Virus record (IMG/VR): IMGVR_UViG_3300048690_000084
Span: 1 to 62,922 of that record
From: a virus
Lineage: Duplodnaviria > Caudoviricetes
Reading direction: 5' to 3' (one strand)
DNA: 62,922 nt
Shown here: positions 8,306 to 16,549 of the stretch, piece by piece
Layout: the number at the start of each line of letters is the position of its first letter
How positions within the stretch are numbered: position 1 is the first letter of the stretch
The notes under the pieces: model-generated
What the model was told of the DNA's origin: nothing
The model's database searches: none
Seen by the model: only the letters and a program-made list of their open reading frames with translations
Made by a program: the position numbers and the translations under genes

Positions 8306-8380
8306 TGGTGCCCCCGGTCTGGATTGAACAGACGACCTCCCGCTTACAAGGCGGATGCTCTACCACTGAGCTACAAGGGC
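8306..8380 (-). tRNA. tRNA-Thr(TGT)
   Basis: Cloverleaf, anticodon loop CTTGTAA, GTTCAATCC T-arm, encoded CCA. Confidence 0.93.
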
Positions 8381-8456
8381 TGGCTCCCCGACGTGGGCTC
8401 GAACCACGGACATCAGCATTAACAGTGCTGCGCTCTACCAACTGAGCTATCGAGGA
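8381..8456 (-). tRNA. tRNA-Asn(GTT)
   Basis: Cloverleaf, loop CTGTTAA, GGTTCGAGCCC, encoded CCA. Confidence 0.95.
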
Positions 8457-8461
8457 ATATG

Positions 8462-8548
8462 TGGTGGGGATTACTGGAGTCGAACCAATTTGTCTTTTGG
8501 ACACCGGATTTACAGTCCGGCGCAACACGCCATCGTTGCCGAATCCCC
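8462..8548 (-). tRNA. tRNA-Tyr(GTA)
   Basis: Acceptor GGGGATT/AATCCCC, loop CTGTAAA, long variable arm, CCA. Confidence 0.9.
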
Positions 8549-8584
8549 GTTGGGATCAGTAACGATTTCGGTAATTGGTTGTTG

Positions 8585-8660
8585 TGGTCTGTGTGACAGG
8601 GATCGAACCTGCGACCTCACGCTCCCAAAGCGCGTGCTCTACCAGCTGAGCTACACACAG
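8585..8660 (-). tRNA. tRNA-Pro(TGG)
   Basis: Cloverleaf, loop TTTGGGA, GGTTCGATCCC, CCA. Confidence 0.93.
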
Positions 8661-8793
8661 CTGTGTCGGTCGCGGGTTGATGGCTTGGGATTTCATGATG
8701 GGGCGGAGTATACATAAAAAAATCCCCCCACGTCTGAGGTGAGGGGAAATCATTAACCCAACAGGAGAACATCATGAATGTTCGCAGCGGAGT

Positions 8794-9078
8794 TTAACCG
8801 CAGGTGGCCAGCAGGGCAAGCGCCTCCTCCACGCTGTTCACGATGTGCAGGTTTGATCCGGGCCACTCGTTGTGGAACTTCGCCTCTGCGTCCGTGAGCC
8901 GTCTGGCCGATGGCGGCTTGGCCCCGTCCTTCACCTCAATGAGCAGCGTATGCCCGCAATGGCTCACCAACAGGTCGAACAAGCCCTCGTCGTTGATCAC
9001 CTTGACGTACGCGCCGGCCTCTCGCATGGCCCTGACGATGTCCTGCTCGTTCGCATCTCTTCTCGCAGCTCGTCTCAT
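8794..9078 (-). CDS. VRR-NUC-like PD-(D/E)XK nuclease / resolvase
   Basis: RRDANE..IV, DLLV, LIEVKDG.KPPSAR.LT. Confidence 0.8.
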   Translation of the reverse strand: MRRAARRDANEQDIVRAMREAGAYVKVINDEGLFDLLVSHCGHTLLIEVKDGAKPPSARRLTDAEAKFHNEWPGSNLHIVNSVEEALALLATCG

Positions 9079-9125
9079 AGGGTTTGTCCTAACAAAGATA
9101 TTTTGAAAATATATTGTATTGCTTG

Positions 9126-9153
9126 TTGACGAAGCTGATATAACAGGTACAAT
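9126..9153 (+). promoter_or_regulatory. sigma70-like promoter of the recombination operon
   Basis: TTGACG-N16-TACAAT in an AT-rich divergent gap. Confidence 0.6.
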
Positions 9154-9183
9154 CATGCTTCACCCACCTCACAGGAGTTGATA

Positions 9184-9426
9184 ATGAGTGAACAAGAAAG
9201 AATAGAAGGGGCTAAGTTGTTTCGCATGTCGATTGGCCTTGCAAACAAGCACGGTCAAACACTGCTCGATGACGCAGACCAAATTGGCGGAGTGGCCGCT
9301 ACAGCCGCAGCAATCATGCTGTCCTCGTACTGCTCAGCACTTGGGATGACGCTGCATGAAGCCGTGGATTTATTTATGTCCATCCACAAGCAGACCATGA
9401 TCATGATCAAGGAGCGCGATCAATGA
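9184..9426 (+). CDS. Hypothetical protein
   Basis: AGGAG RBS. Confidence 0.65.
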   Translation: MSEQERIEGAKLFRMSIGLANKHGQTLLDDADQIGGVAATAAAIMLSSYCSALGMTLHEAVDLFMSIHKQTMIMIKERDQ

Positions 9427-10325
9427 AGCTCACCAACCGCAACAGCCTGCCCGAGACGATCCTCAATGTGATTGCACGGCCAGAGTACAACAAGGGCAAG
9501 TCCAACATGTCGGTGACTGAGCTGCTCAACAGCCCACGCATCGTGCAGCTCAAGCGCAAGCACTGGGATGATCTGGAAGAAGATGCCAGCGACATGGTCT
9601 GGTCGATCTTTGGCACGGCCATCCACGGCGTTCTGGAGCACGGCAAGGATGACCACCACGTTGTCGAGGAGCGCATCCACATCGTGATCGATGGCATCCA
9701 CATCAGCGGCGCAATTGACCTGCAAGAAGTCGAGGAAGACGGCATCGTTGTGTCGGACTACAAGACCACCAGCGCATGGGCCGTGATGAACGAGAAGCAG
9801 GACTGGCACAACCAGCTCAACAGCTACGCATACTTGGTTGAAGTGGCCAAGAAAATGCGCGTGAAGAATCTGCGGATCGTTGCCATCATCCGTGACTGGT
9901 CCCGCCGCGATGCAGCAAACCGAGAAGGCTACCCCAAGGCACCCATCGTTGTGATTGAAATCCCCCTGTGGTCGTTTGAAGAGCGTGAGGCCTATGTGCG
10001 CAGCCGCATCTCTTTGCACGGCGATGCCTTCTTCGAGATGGAGACTGGCGGCAACATGCCTGACTGCACGGCCGAAGAGTGTTGGGAGAAGCCAACCACC
10101 TATGCGCTCAAGAAGGATGGCAACGTCCGCGCCAAGAGCGTTCACGAAACACGCGAAGCAGCAGATACAGCTCTGGCTGCCGCAACAGAAAAAGCCAAGA
10201 AGGGCGAAAAGTTCCTGATCGAAGTAAGAGAAGGAGGGCGTACACGCTGCGAAAGCTTCTGCCAAGTAGCGCCGTACTGCCAGCAACACCAAGAGTATCT
10301 ATCCAACAAAGCCAACAAGGAGTAA
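9423..10325 (+). CDS. RecB-family PD-(D/E)XK exonuclease
   Basis: GTAIH, ISGAIDL, SDYKTT, QLNSYA, C-terminal Cys cluster. Confidence 0.85.
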   Translation: MKLTNRNSLPETILNVIARPEYNKGKSNMSVTELLNSPRIVQLKRKHWDDLEEDASDMVWSIFGTAIHGVLEHGKDDHHVVEERIHIVIDGIHISGAIDLQEVEEDGIVVSDYKTTSAWAVMNEKQDWHNQLNSYAYLVEVAKKMRVKNLRIVAIIRDWSRRDAANREGYPKAPIVVIEIPLWSFEEREAYVRSRISLHGDAFFEMETGGNMPDCTAEECWEKPTTYALKKDGNVRAKSVHETREAADTALAAATEKAKKGEKFLIEVREGGRTRCESFCQVAPYCQQHQEYLSNKANKE

Positions 10326-10329
10326 CACC

Positions 10330-10545
10330 ATGGCATCAGCAACACGTATTTATCTCGTAACCACCGCAGCCGGCACAGCCCGTCTGGTCAAGGCGGCAGT
10401 CCCATCGCAAGCCATCACACATGTGGCCAAGCAAGTCTACTCAGCTCGCATTGCATCGCAAGACGATCTGGTTGAGGCCCTGACCAACGGCATGAGAGTC
10501 GAGTCGTACGGCGAAACAGCTCAAGGCGAGCTGGGCATCGAGTAA
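10330..10545 (+). CDS. Hypothetical protein
   Basis: AAGGAG RBS. Confidence 0.75.
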   Translation: MASATRIYLVTTAAGTARLVKAAVPSQAITHVAKQVYSARIASQDDLVEALTNGMRVESYGETAQGELGIE

Positions 10546-10550
10546 TCGAC

Positions 10551-10838
10551 ATGGCAATCTCAACCATACAGCCCGGTGGGTTTTACGACATCAACCGCGA
10601 CACGTACCACAGCGGCATGACATCACGCGAAGCGTACGAGCGCGAGATGCAGTACCGCCGACAACAAGAGGAGGAGTATCGCAAGGCGCAGCAATATGCG
10701 TACTACAACGCGGCGCAGCAGCAGCAGGCGTGGATCGGAGACCCACCAAAGCCAACGCCTAAGCAGGACCCCAAAGACCCGCTGAGTTTTCTCAGCAAAG
10801 CAGACAACAAAATTTTACTCACTGGAGAAGCAACATGA
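10551..10838 (+). CDS. Hypothetical protein
   Basis: Q/Y-rich ORF in operon. Confidence 0.65.
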   Translation: MAISTIQPGGFYDINRDTYHSGMTSREAYEREMQYRRQQEEEYRKAQQYAYYNAAQQQQAWIGDPPKPTPKQDPKDPLSFLSKADNKILLTGEAT

Positions 10839-11116
10839 AACTCAAACCATTCGCAGAAATCATCGCCCTGTCCAAAGAAAAGCTGGCCGAGTCGCTGGCC
10901 CCTATCCTCGCTCGCAAGATGAAGAGCCAAGCCGAGCTGGAGATGGCCAAGCTGGACGACGAGCTGGTGCGCCTTGAGGCAGACATCCAAGAGCAGTGCT
11001 CCAAGGAAGACATCAACTTCCCAAGCCTGCTGTACAAGCTGGACAAGGTCGCTCTGCTTGAGCGCCGCAGGACTCAGTACGAGAGCGTGCTGTCGCAACT
11101 GTTCCCAACAAAGTGA
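10835..11116 (+). CDS. Hypothetical coiled-coil protein
   Basis: GGAG RBS, ATGA overlap. Confidence 0.75.
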   Translation: MKLKPFAEIIALSKEKLAESLAPILARKMKSQAELEMAKLDDELVRLEADIQEQCSKEDINFPSLLYKLDKVALLERRRTQYESVLSQLFPTK

Positions 11117-11123
11117 GGCGCGT

Positions 11124-11429
11124 ATGCAAGAACATACAGAAACACAGCGCACAACCGTGACGCTCAACGACATCCAAAACAAGGTCAAGCAGACGACTTA
11201 CACCGTTTTACCCGACGGCAAGACCACGGTCTGCCAGCTCCACATGGAGAACGGCTACACGATCAACGGCCATTCGGCCTGCGTCGACCCCGCCAACTAC
11301 AACCGAGCGCTGGGTGAGAAGTACGCCTATGAGGATGCCATCAACAAGGCATGGCCGCTTGAGGGCTACCTGCTGTCCGAGGAGCTGCACAAGGCTGCGC
11401 TGTCGCAAATGTCCCCAACCAAAGCCTAA
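11124..11429 (+). CDS. N4 gp49 / Sf6 gp66-family protein
   Basis: TVC.L.MENGY...G.SACVDPANYN..LGE..A......WPLEGY signature. Confidence 0.8.
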   Translation: MQEHTETQRTTVTLNDIQNKVKQTTYTVLPDGKTTVCQLHMENGYTINGHSACVDPANYNRALGEKYAYEDAINKAWPLEGYLLSEELHKAALSQMSPTKA

Positions 11430-11445
11430 ACAACTGGAGAAGCAA

Positions 11446-11850
11446 ATGAAAAAAGTATTTATCGCCACCACCATTGCCTTGCTGTTGACCGCCTGCGGCG
11501 ACAAGGAGGTGTCCTTCGACACGCTGGAGACCCAGCGCAGTATTGCCAACGACAACAGCCGCTACAACGCACAGAAGTGGCGTGCTGAAAACGGCTACGA
11601 AGCCTTGAACATCTTGTCTCGTGGAGACAGCACACAGCAAGCCTCATGCGCCCAAGGCGATGGCTGGGCCAGCGTTGATCTGATTGACGCCAAGACCAAG
11701 GCTGTGCAAGAAAAGCTCAAGTGCTCCACCGTCTCCGGCAATCTCGGTTGCTACAAGGACGCGGACTTCAAAGCGCGGGCGGTGTTGGCCAAGCAGGAAA
11801 ACACCTGCAACAACGACATCCCCAAAACCCTGAAGAAGATTGAGCAATGA
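11446..11850 (+). CDS. Lipoprotein
   Basis: MKK + hydrophobic core + lipobox LTAC. Confidence 0.8.
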   Translation: MKKVFIATTIALLLTACGDKEVSFDTLETQRSIANDNSRYNAQKWRAENGYEALNILSRGDSTQQASCAQGDGWASVDLIDAKTKAVQEKLKCSTVSGNLGCYKDADFKARAVLAKQENTCNNDIPKTLKKIEQ

Positions 11851-11969
11851 TCCCGATGATTAGCTTCGGGTCATTGGCCCAGTGGGTTGTTGGCGCATTC
11901 GCTATCGGCTGGCTTGCCGGCGTTGGCTTTGTGCTATGGCTGTATAAGCGCAACTCAAAGAAAAAATAA
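11847..11969 (+). CDS. Small membrane peptide
   Basis: 40 aa, one hydrophobic segment, basic C-terminus. Confidence 0.55.
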   Translation: MIPMISFGSLAQWVVGAFAIGWLAGVGFVLWLYKRNSKKK

Positions 11970-11974
11970 ACACA

Positions 11975-12034
11975 GGGGAAAGCGAACACTGACACCAATG
12001 TGGGCTCATCCACGATCAGTGCAGCGAGTACCCC
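11975..12034 (+). ncRNA. Putative structured RNA with a loop-E (AGUA/GAA) motif
   Basis: GGGGAAAGC...CACTGA..GTGG/CCAC..TCAGTG..GCGAGTACCCC, intergenic. Confidence 0.55.
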
Positions 12035-12052
12035 ACCTTTAAGGAAAATATC

Positions 12053-12406
12053 ATGAAAGAAATACAACTCAAAGAACTGCAGCGATCAATCAAGTTCATC
12101 GAAGCAATCGGTTGCAAGTTCAAGATCATCACACCCGAGGGCGAAGAGTTTGGTGTGCTTGATGTGCAGCCGCCAAAGCCAAAGAGAGATTACGCCCACG
12201 GAGAGATAACAAACTTTGTGAAAGCGAACTTGGACCTCAACGCCGAGATCGGAAGCGTTCAGCAAATCTTTGTGCCAGTTAAATACAAGCCGCTCAACAT
12301 TCAGGCGACGACATGCCGCATCCTTTCAAAAGAATGGGGCAAAGAAAACTACACAACTTGCTTGAACAAAAACACAGCAAGCATCGACATTCTTTGTATC
12401 GCATAA
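12053..12406 (+). CDS. Hypothetical protein
   Basis: AAGGA RBS. Confidence 0.75.
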   Translation: MKEIQLKELQRSIKFIEAIGCKFKIITPEGEEFGVLDVQPPKPKRDYAHGEITNFVKANLDLNAEIGSVQQIFVPVKYKPLNIQATTCRILSKEWGKENYTTCLNKNTASIDILCIA

Positions 12407-12416
12407 GGAGTACATC

Positions 12417-12566
12417 ATGGGCTGGATTATTGGCTTAACCTGCTTGTTCGCATGGTTCAATCACATCTTCACTTGCTTCAGTGAGGGCCTCTGGGGCTTT
12501 CTTCTGGCGGGTGCAGTCATGTTCCCAATCGGCATCATCCACGGCATGTGGCTGTGGTTTCAGTAA
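12417..12566 (+). CDS. Small two-TM membrane protein
   Basis: Translated by hand (MGWIIGLTCLFAWFNH...); TAAGGAG RBS. Confidence 0.65.
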   Translation: MGWIIGLTCLFAWFNHIFTCFSEGLWGFLLAGAVMFPIGIIHGMWLWFQ

Positions 12567-12576
12567 GGAGACAGAA

Positions 12577-12771
12577 ATGAAAATCAAAGATTTTTTCCAG
12601 TCGTTCGACATCAACCCAATCAGTGCAGACCCAATTCACGGTCCGATCACTGACGAGATGATCGAGCACATCCAACGACGCAACGAAGAGAAGCGCCAGA
12701 AGTCCATTGAGCTGCTCGGCAGCCGGTGGCTTCTTCACCCAAGCAACCAACAACAGAAAGCATCGACATGA
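12577..12771 (+). CDS. Hypothetical protein
   Basis: TAAGGAG RBS. Confidence 0.65.
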   Translation: MKIKDFFQSFDINPISADPIHGPITDEMIEHIQRRNEEKRQKSIELLGSRWLLHPSNQQQKAST

Positions 12772-13460
12772 AAGAAATTGCATCAGCTCTGGTTAAGGCT
12801 CAGAAAGAGTTTGGACCAGCACTCAAGACCCATACCAACCCTGCTTTCCGCAGCCGGTATGCCGACTTGTCTGCTTGCGTTGAGGCCGTCATTGACGCCC
12901 TGAATAACAACGACATCTTCTTGATGCAGCCAACGCACGAATGCAACGATGGCGTGATCGTGGAAACCGTTTTCATTCACTCCTCCGGTGAGCAAATGAC
13001 AAGCGGAAAGCTGCACGTACCAGCCACCAAGCACGACGCACAAGGCTACGGCTCTGCATTGACTTATGCACGCCGCTACAGCCTGATGGCAGCCTGCGGC
13101 ATTGCACCAGAGGACGACGATGGGAACAGCGCAGCAAAGCCAAAGGCAGCACCAGCCAAGCCAGCCCCAGCACCAGCAGCAAAGCCAGCAGCAGCGCCAA
13201 CCAAGATCGAAGGCAAGGACACGCCATGGCAACTGAAGGTTGTCGCGGAACCAGACGGCGATGGCCCAGCTTGGGCGCAGCTCGTTCTCGATGCGACAAG
13301 CCTGCAACTTGGCCAAGCCAAATCGGAAGAGGATGTGATGTCCATCTTCAAGACCAACCGCAACATCTACGAGCAGGTCAAGTCACTCACGCCAACAGCG
13401 TATGACGTGCTCATGGATGAATTCAAACAGGCGCGAGCCAAACACAAGGAAGCAGCATGA
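12768..13460 (+). CDS. erf: ERF-family ssDNA-annealing protein
   Basis: NPAFRSRYADL, HSSGE, QGYGSALTYARRYSL..GIAPEDDDGN. Confidence 0.93.
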   Translation: MKEIASALVKAQKEFGPALKTHTNPAFRSRYADLSACVEAVIDALNNNDIFLMQPTHECNDGVIVETVFIHSSGEQMTSGKLHVPATKHDAQGYGSALTYARRYSLMAACGIAPEDDDGNSAAKPKAAPAKPAPAPAAKPAAAPTKIEGKDTPWQLKVVAEPDGDGPAWAQLVLDATSLQLGQAKSEEDVMSIFKTNRNIYEQVKSLTPTAYDVLMDEFKQARAKHKEAA

Positions 13461-13843
13461 ACGTAATCACAGTAGCCGGCTCGCTCGGCAAAGACGCAGA
13501 AATCAAGTATCTGGCCAATGGCGATGCCATCTGCAACTTCTCGGTGGCAGACAGCCAAGGCCGCGAAAAGCCAACCATCTGGTGGAACTGCGGCCTGTAC
13601 GGCAAACGAGCTGAATCCCTGTCGAAGTACCTCACCAAAGGTCAAGCAGTCACCGTGACGGGCAGCGTGTCAGAGCGCGAATGGACAGACAAAGATGGCA
13701 ACAAGCGCAAGTCCATGGATGTGCGCGTGAGTGACGTTGCCCTGCAAGGTGGCCGCAAGGATGCGGAGCCACAGCAAGAGCGCAGCGCAGCACCGAAGCC
13801 AGCGCCAGCGTTTGATGAAGACGACTCGGACTTGCCCTTTTGA
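13457..13843 (+). CDS. ssb: Single-stranded DNA-binding protein
   Basis: G.LGKDAE, YLTKG..V.V.G, acidic tail DDSDLPF. Confidence 0.95.
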   Translation: MNVITVAGSLGKDAEIKYLANGDAICNFSVADSQGREKPTIWWNCGLYGKRAESLSKYLTKGQAVTVTGSVSEREWTDKDGNKRKSMDVRVSDVALQGGRKDAEPQQERSAAPKPAPAFDEDDSDLPF

Positions 13844-13851
13844 GGTGAACC

Positions 13852-14253
13852 ATGAGCACATTTGAAATTGATCAGAACGCCATCTCGACGGCGGCAGACA
13901 TTCTCCAGTACGAGTGCCACCAAGCAGCGAAATCTGCCGGGTGGTGGAATGACCCTGTGACGGGTGCAAGCATCACAGAAAACCCTCTGTGCTTCAGCAG
14001 CAAGTTGTGCCTTGTACACAGCGAGATCAGCGAAGCAATGGAGGGTGATCGCAAGGACCTGATGGACGACAAACTTTCTCACCGAAAGATGCGCGAAGTC
14101 GAGTTGGCCGATGCAGTGATCCGAATCTTCGACATGGCGGGCGCATACCAGATGGACTTGGCTGGCGCGATCGCAGAGAAGATGACCTACAACGCGAGCC
14201 GTGCGGATCACAAGATCGAGAACCGCACGCAGTCCGGCGGCAAGACGTACTGA
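13852..14253 (+). CDS. MazG-like nucleotide pyrophosphohydrolase
   Basis: LVHSEISEAMEG.RK, EVELADAVIRIFD, EKM.YN..R. Confidence 0.85.
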   Translation: MSTFEIDQNAISTAADILQYECHQAAKSAGWWNDPVTGASITENPLCFSSKLCLVHSEISEAMEGDRKDLMDDKLSHRKMREVELADAVIRIFDMAGAYQMDLAGAIAEKMTYNASRADHKIENRTQSGGKTY

Positions 14254-14255
14254 GC

Positions 14256-14675
14256 ATGAAGACGCTTCAATACGAGGCTGTCAAGGTGGCGATGAAGCAG
14301 GATAGAACCGGCGTCATCCTCACCTTGAACATCCACCCGGACGACCTGCCAGTTGATCTCATGCGCGACTTTGTCGGTGCACGCTATCAAGTGGTGATGG
14401 TCAGGCTCAATGGCGATGACAAGCCAATGAACAAGGATGCGGAGTATGGCCGTGATCCTGTTCGCACCGCAGGCATTCTGTGCCGCGATAAACAGTTTGC
14501 AAAGTACCTTCACGACAAAGAGGAAATCTTTGAAGCGAAGGAAGCTGACGTAATTGAATGGCTCAAGGGTGAGATCGGAATCGACTCACGCGCCGAGCTG
14601 AAAGAAGACCAACAAAAGGCCAAGAAGTTCTGGGCCATCAATGAGGAGTTCCAAGCATGGAAACAAAGCGCCTGA
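14256..14675 (+). CDS. Hypothetical protein
   Basis: 139-aa ORF in operon. Confidence 0.75.
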   Translation: MKTLQYEAVKVAMKQDRTGVILTLNIHPDDLPVDLMRDFVGARYQVVMVRLNGDDKPMNKDAEYGRDPVRTAGILCRDKQFAKYLHDKEEIFEAKEADVIEWLKGEIGIDSRAELKEDQQKAKKFWAINEEFQAWKQSA

Positions 14676-14983
14676 TCCCGTACTCTGTGCATCTGCCAGA
14701 GGACATCTACAAGAAGCTCAAGGCTGCGGCCGGTGAGCGCAAAGCGTCAGCACTGGTGCGCGATGCCATCACCATCATCGTGGACGGCGACGACGAGTTC
14801 AACGGCGGCTACAACAAAGCAGTCCGTGACGTGATCTCCACCATCCACGGCGACCAGTGGTGTAAAGCCATCGGCATCGAAGGCCAGACCTTTGCTGAGT
14901 ACCTCGAAGAAATCCTGTCGCAGATGATCGTCCAGCAAAACGTGAAGGGGAAGAGCAATGGCAACAAGAAAACCAAAGGCTGA
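14657..14983 (+). CDS. Possible ribbon-helix-helix DNA-binding protein
   Basis: YSVHLPEDIYKKLKAAA...SALVRDAI pattern. Confidence 0.55.
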   Translation: METKRLIPYSVHLPEDIYKKLKAAAGERKASALVRDAITIIVDGDDEFNGGYNKAVRDVISTIHGDQWCKAIGIEGQTFAEYLEEILSQMIVQQNVKGKSNGNKKTKG

Positions 14984-15188
14984 TGGCTTGCAGGCACTGG
15001 TGGCCAAGCAGGAGCCAGTGTCCATTCAAGACCTCACCATGCAGGACTTCTTTGCGGCGTTCGCGCTGCAGGGCCTGCTGGCCTACTACGGTGACCGTGC
15101 CGTTGTTGAGAGTGACGACGGCATCACCAGCATCCACGCGGCAGCCTTCGACCACGCAGATGAAATGCTTCAGCGGAGGGTGATATGA
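14958..15188 (+). CDS. Hypothetical protein (LRDYFAA-like family)
   Basis: LTMQDFFAAFALQGLLA...ADEML. Confidence 0.7.
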   Translation: MATRKPKADGLQALVAKQEPVSIQDLTMQDFFAAFALQGLLAYYGDRAVVESDDGITSIHAAAFDHADEMLQRRVI

Positions 15189-15247
15189 GCGACACAAACA
15201 CAGGTGGGCCAGCGTTGACAAACCACAAGCAAAGCAATACACTGTAA
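15185..15247 (+). pseudogene. Orphaned 5' fragment MSDTNTGGPA of a gene split by an insertion
   Basis: ATGA-coupled start; reading interrupted by a promoter beginning at 15215. Confidence 0.6.
15215..15243 (+). promoter_or_regulatory. Near-consensus sigma70 promoter of the inserted endonuclease gene
   Basis: TTGACA-N17-TACACT, then AAGGAG RBS and ATG 15271. Confidence 0.8.
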
Positions 15248-15270
15248 TCATTCCAACAAAAGGAGTTGAT

Positions 15271-15813
15271 ATGAAGTGTTCTCGATGCGAGTGTGATGCA
15301 ACCATAAAACAAGGCAACCAGCACCTGTGCGATATGCACTACAGGATTGGCCAAATGAGGGTGGCTGCAAAAAGAAACGGCAAGGTGGTTCCAGCCCATG
15401 AACAGCTTGAAGAGCTGATCAAGAAAGGTCTTGGGTGCCCTGATTGCGGAGTTCAAATGAATTGGCGATCAAAAGACGGAAGGGCCACGGTAGCCAGTTT
15501 GCAGCACTACAGAAGTGGTCGGATCGGGATCGTTTGCTTGTCCTGCAATGCAAGACATGCCGCAATGGATGGGGATAGTTATTGCGAAATGCCGAAAGAC
15601 CACAAGCGCTGCCCTTCTTGTTTGAAGACAAAACCAGCACTTGAGTTTTCTGCGGACAACGGCAGGTCTGGGACTCTCAAGAGAAAAAGTATTTGCAAAC
15701 AGTGCTCAAACGAAAAAGTCAACCAATGGAAAGAAAGAAACAGAGATGAATACAACGCATACCAACGAGCCTACAGAGCCAAACGCAAAGAGCATGGAGG
15801 GCCGATTACTTGA
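15271..15813 (+). CDS. HNH/endonuclease VII-like Zn-finger endonuclease
   Basis: CPDC...SLQH...CLSCN core; RCPSC..K...EF...CKQC Zn finger. Confidence 0.6.
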   Translation: MKCSRCECDATIKQGNQHLCDMHYRIGQMRVAAKRNGKVVPAHEQLEELIKKGLGCPDCGVQMNWRSKDGRATVASLQHYRSGRIGIVCLSCNARHAAMDGDSYCEMPKDHKRCPSCLKTKPALEFSADNGRSGTLKRKSICKQCSNEKVNQWKERNRDEYNAYQRAYRAKRKEHGGPIT

Positions 15814-15952
15814 AACGATTAGTCTGCGAGACTACTTTGCGGCAAAGGCGATGGCATCCGTGATCGCCCGAGGTGACGACACAAATCGCCCCGGCATGGC
15901 CGAGTGGTCTTACGCAATGGCAGACGCCATGCTGAAAGCGAGGGAGGCATGA
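15794..15952 (+). CDS. Hypothetical protein (SLRDYFAAKAM family), start uncertain (15747 or 15794)
   Basis: SLRDYFAAKAM...YAMADAMLKARE. Confidence 0.65.
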   Translation: MEGRLLETISLRDYFAAKAMASVIARGDDTNRPGMAEWSYAMADAMLKAREA

Positions 15953-16290
15953 TCGAACTGGACGACTGGTCGGCGCACATGATGCGTGCCGAGATTCAAC
16001 TCAAGGCCATCGAGAAGCATTTGCTCAACAAGGACTACGACAAAATCCAAGCTCACGCTACGTCGGCCAAGCACTACATCGACAAGACGATGGCGTGGGT
16101 GGCCCGCCAAGGCTCCAGCAAGGGCGTGGATGTGGTTGAAATCCTTGAGGGCAACGTGCACATGCTGAACGACTCGAACCCACTCAAATCGCTTTTAATC
16201 GCCTCCATTCAGGAGATTGAGCAGCTCAGGGGCGAGAGGCAGTTTTGGCTGAAGTCCGGCTTCGACATCGGCAAGTCAGATCGTGAATAA
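15949..16290 (+). CDS. Hypothetical protein
   Basis: GGGAGG RBS, ATGA overlap. Confidence 0.7.
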   Translation: MIELDDWSAHMMRAEIQLKAIEKHLLNKDYDKIQAHATSAKHYIDKTMAWVARQGSSKGVDVVEILEGNVHMLNDSNPLKSLLIASIQEIEQLRGERQFWLKSGFDIGKSDRE

Positions 16291-16549
16291 CAAACTAACA
16301 CCAAGGCAACGAGAGCACATCGGGAAGGTCAAACTTTTGGCCTGCTCGGTGTGCGACAAGCCGGGACCAAGTGACGCTCACCACATTGAGCAAAAACTTC
16401 AATATTGTGTTGTGTCACTATGTCGAGACTGTCATAATAGCTTACATGGCGAAAAGCTCATCTGGAAAGTAAAGAAGATGGATGAGCTGAAAGCGCTCAA
16501 CGTAACTATTGAAAGGCTCTCAAATGGCTTTGAAGGACATGACTGGTAG
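16283..16549 (+). CDS. Ref/DUF968-like small HNH-fold nuclease
   Basis: CSVC....DAHHI....LCRDCH..LHG. Confidence 0.7.
   Translation: MNNKLTPRQREHIGKVKLLACSVCDKPGPSDAHHIEQKLQYCVVSLCRDCHNSLHGEKLIWKVKKMDELKALNVTIERLSNGFEGHDW

Noticed and set aside
8175-8753. ORFs overlapping the tRNA cluster
   Set aside because: Fully explained by four canonical tRNAs
9423-10325. Cas4 / CRISPR-Cas locus
   Set aside because: No repeat-spacer array or other cas genes; context (ERF, SSB) indicates a recombination exonuclease
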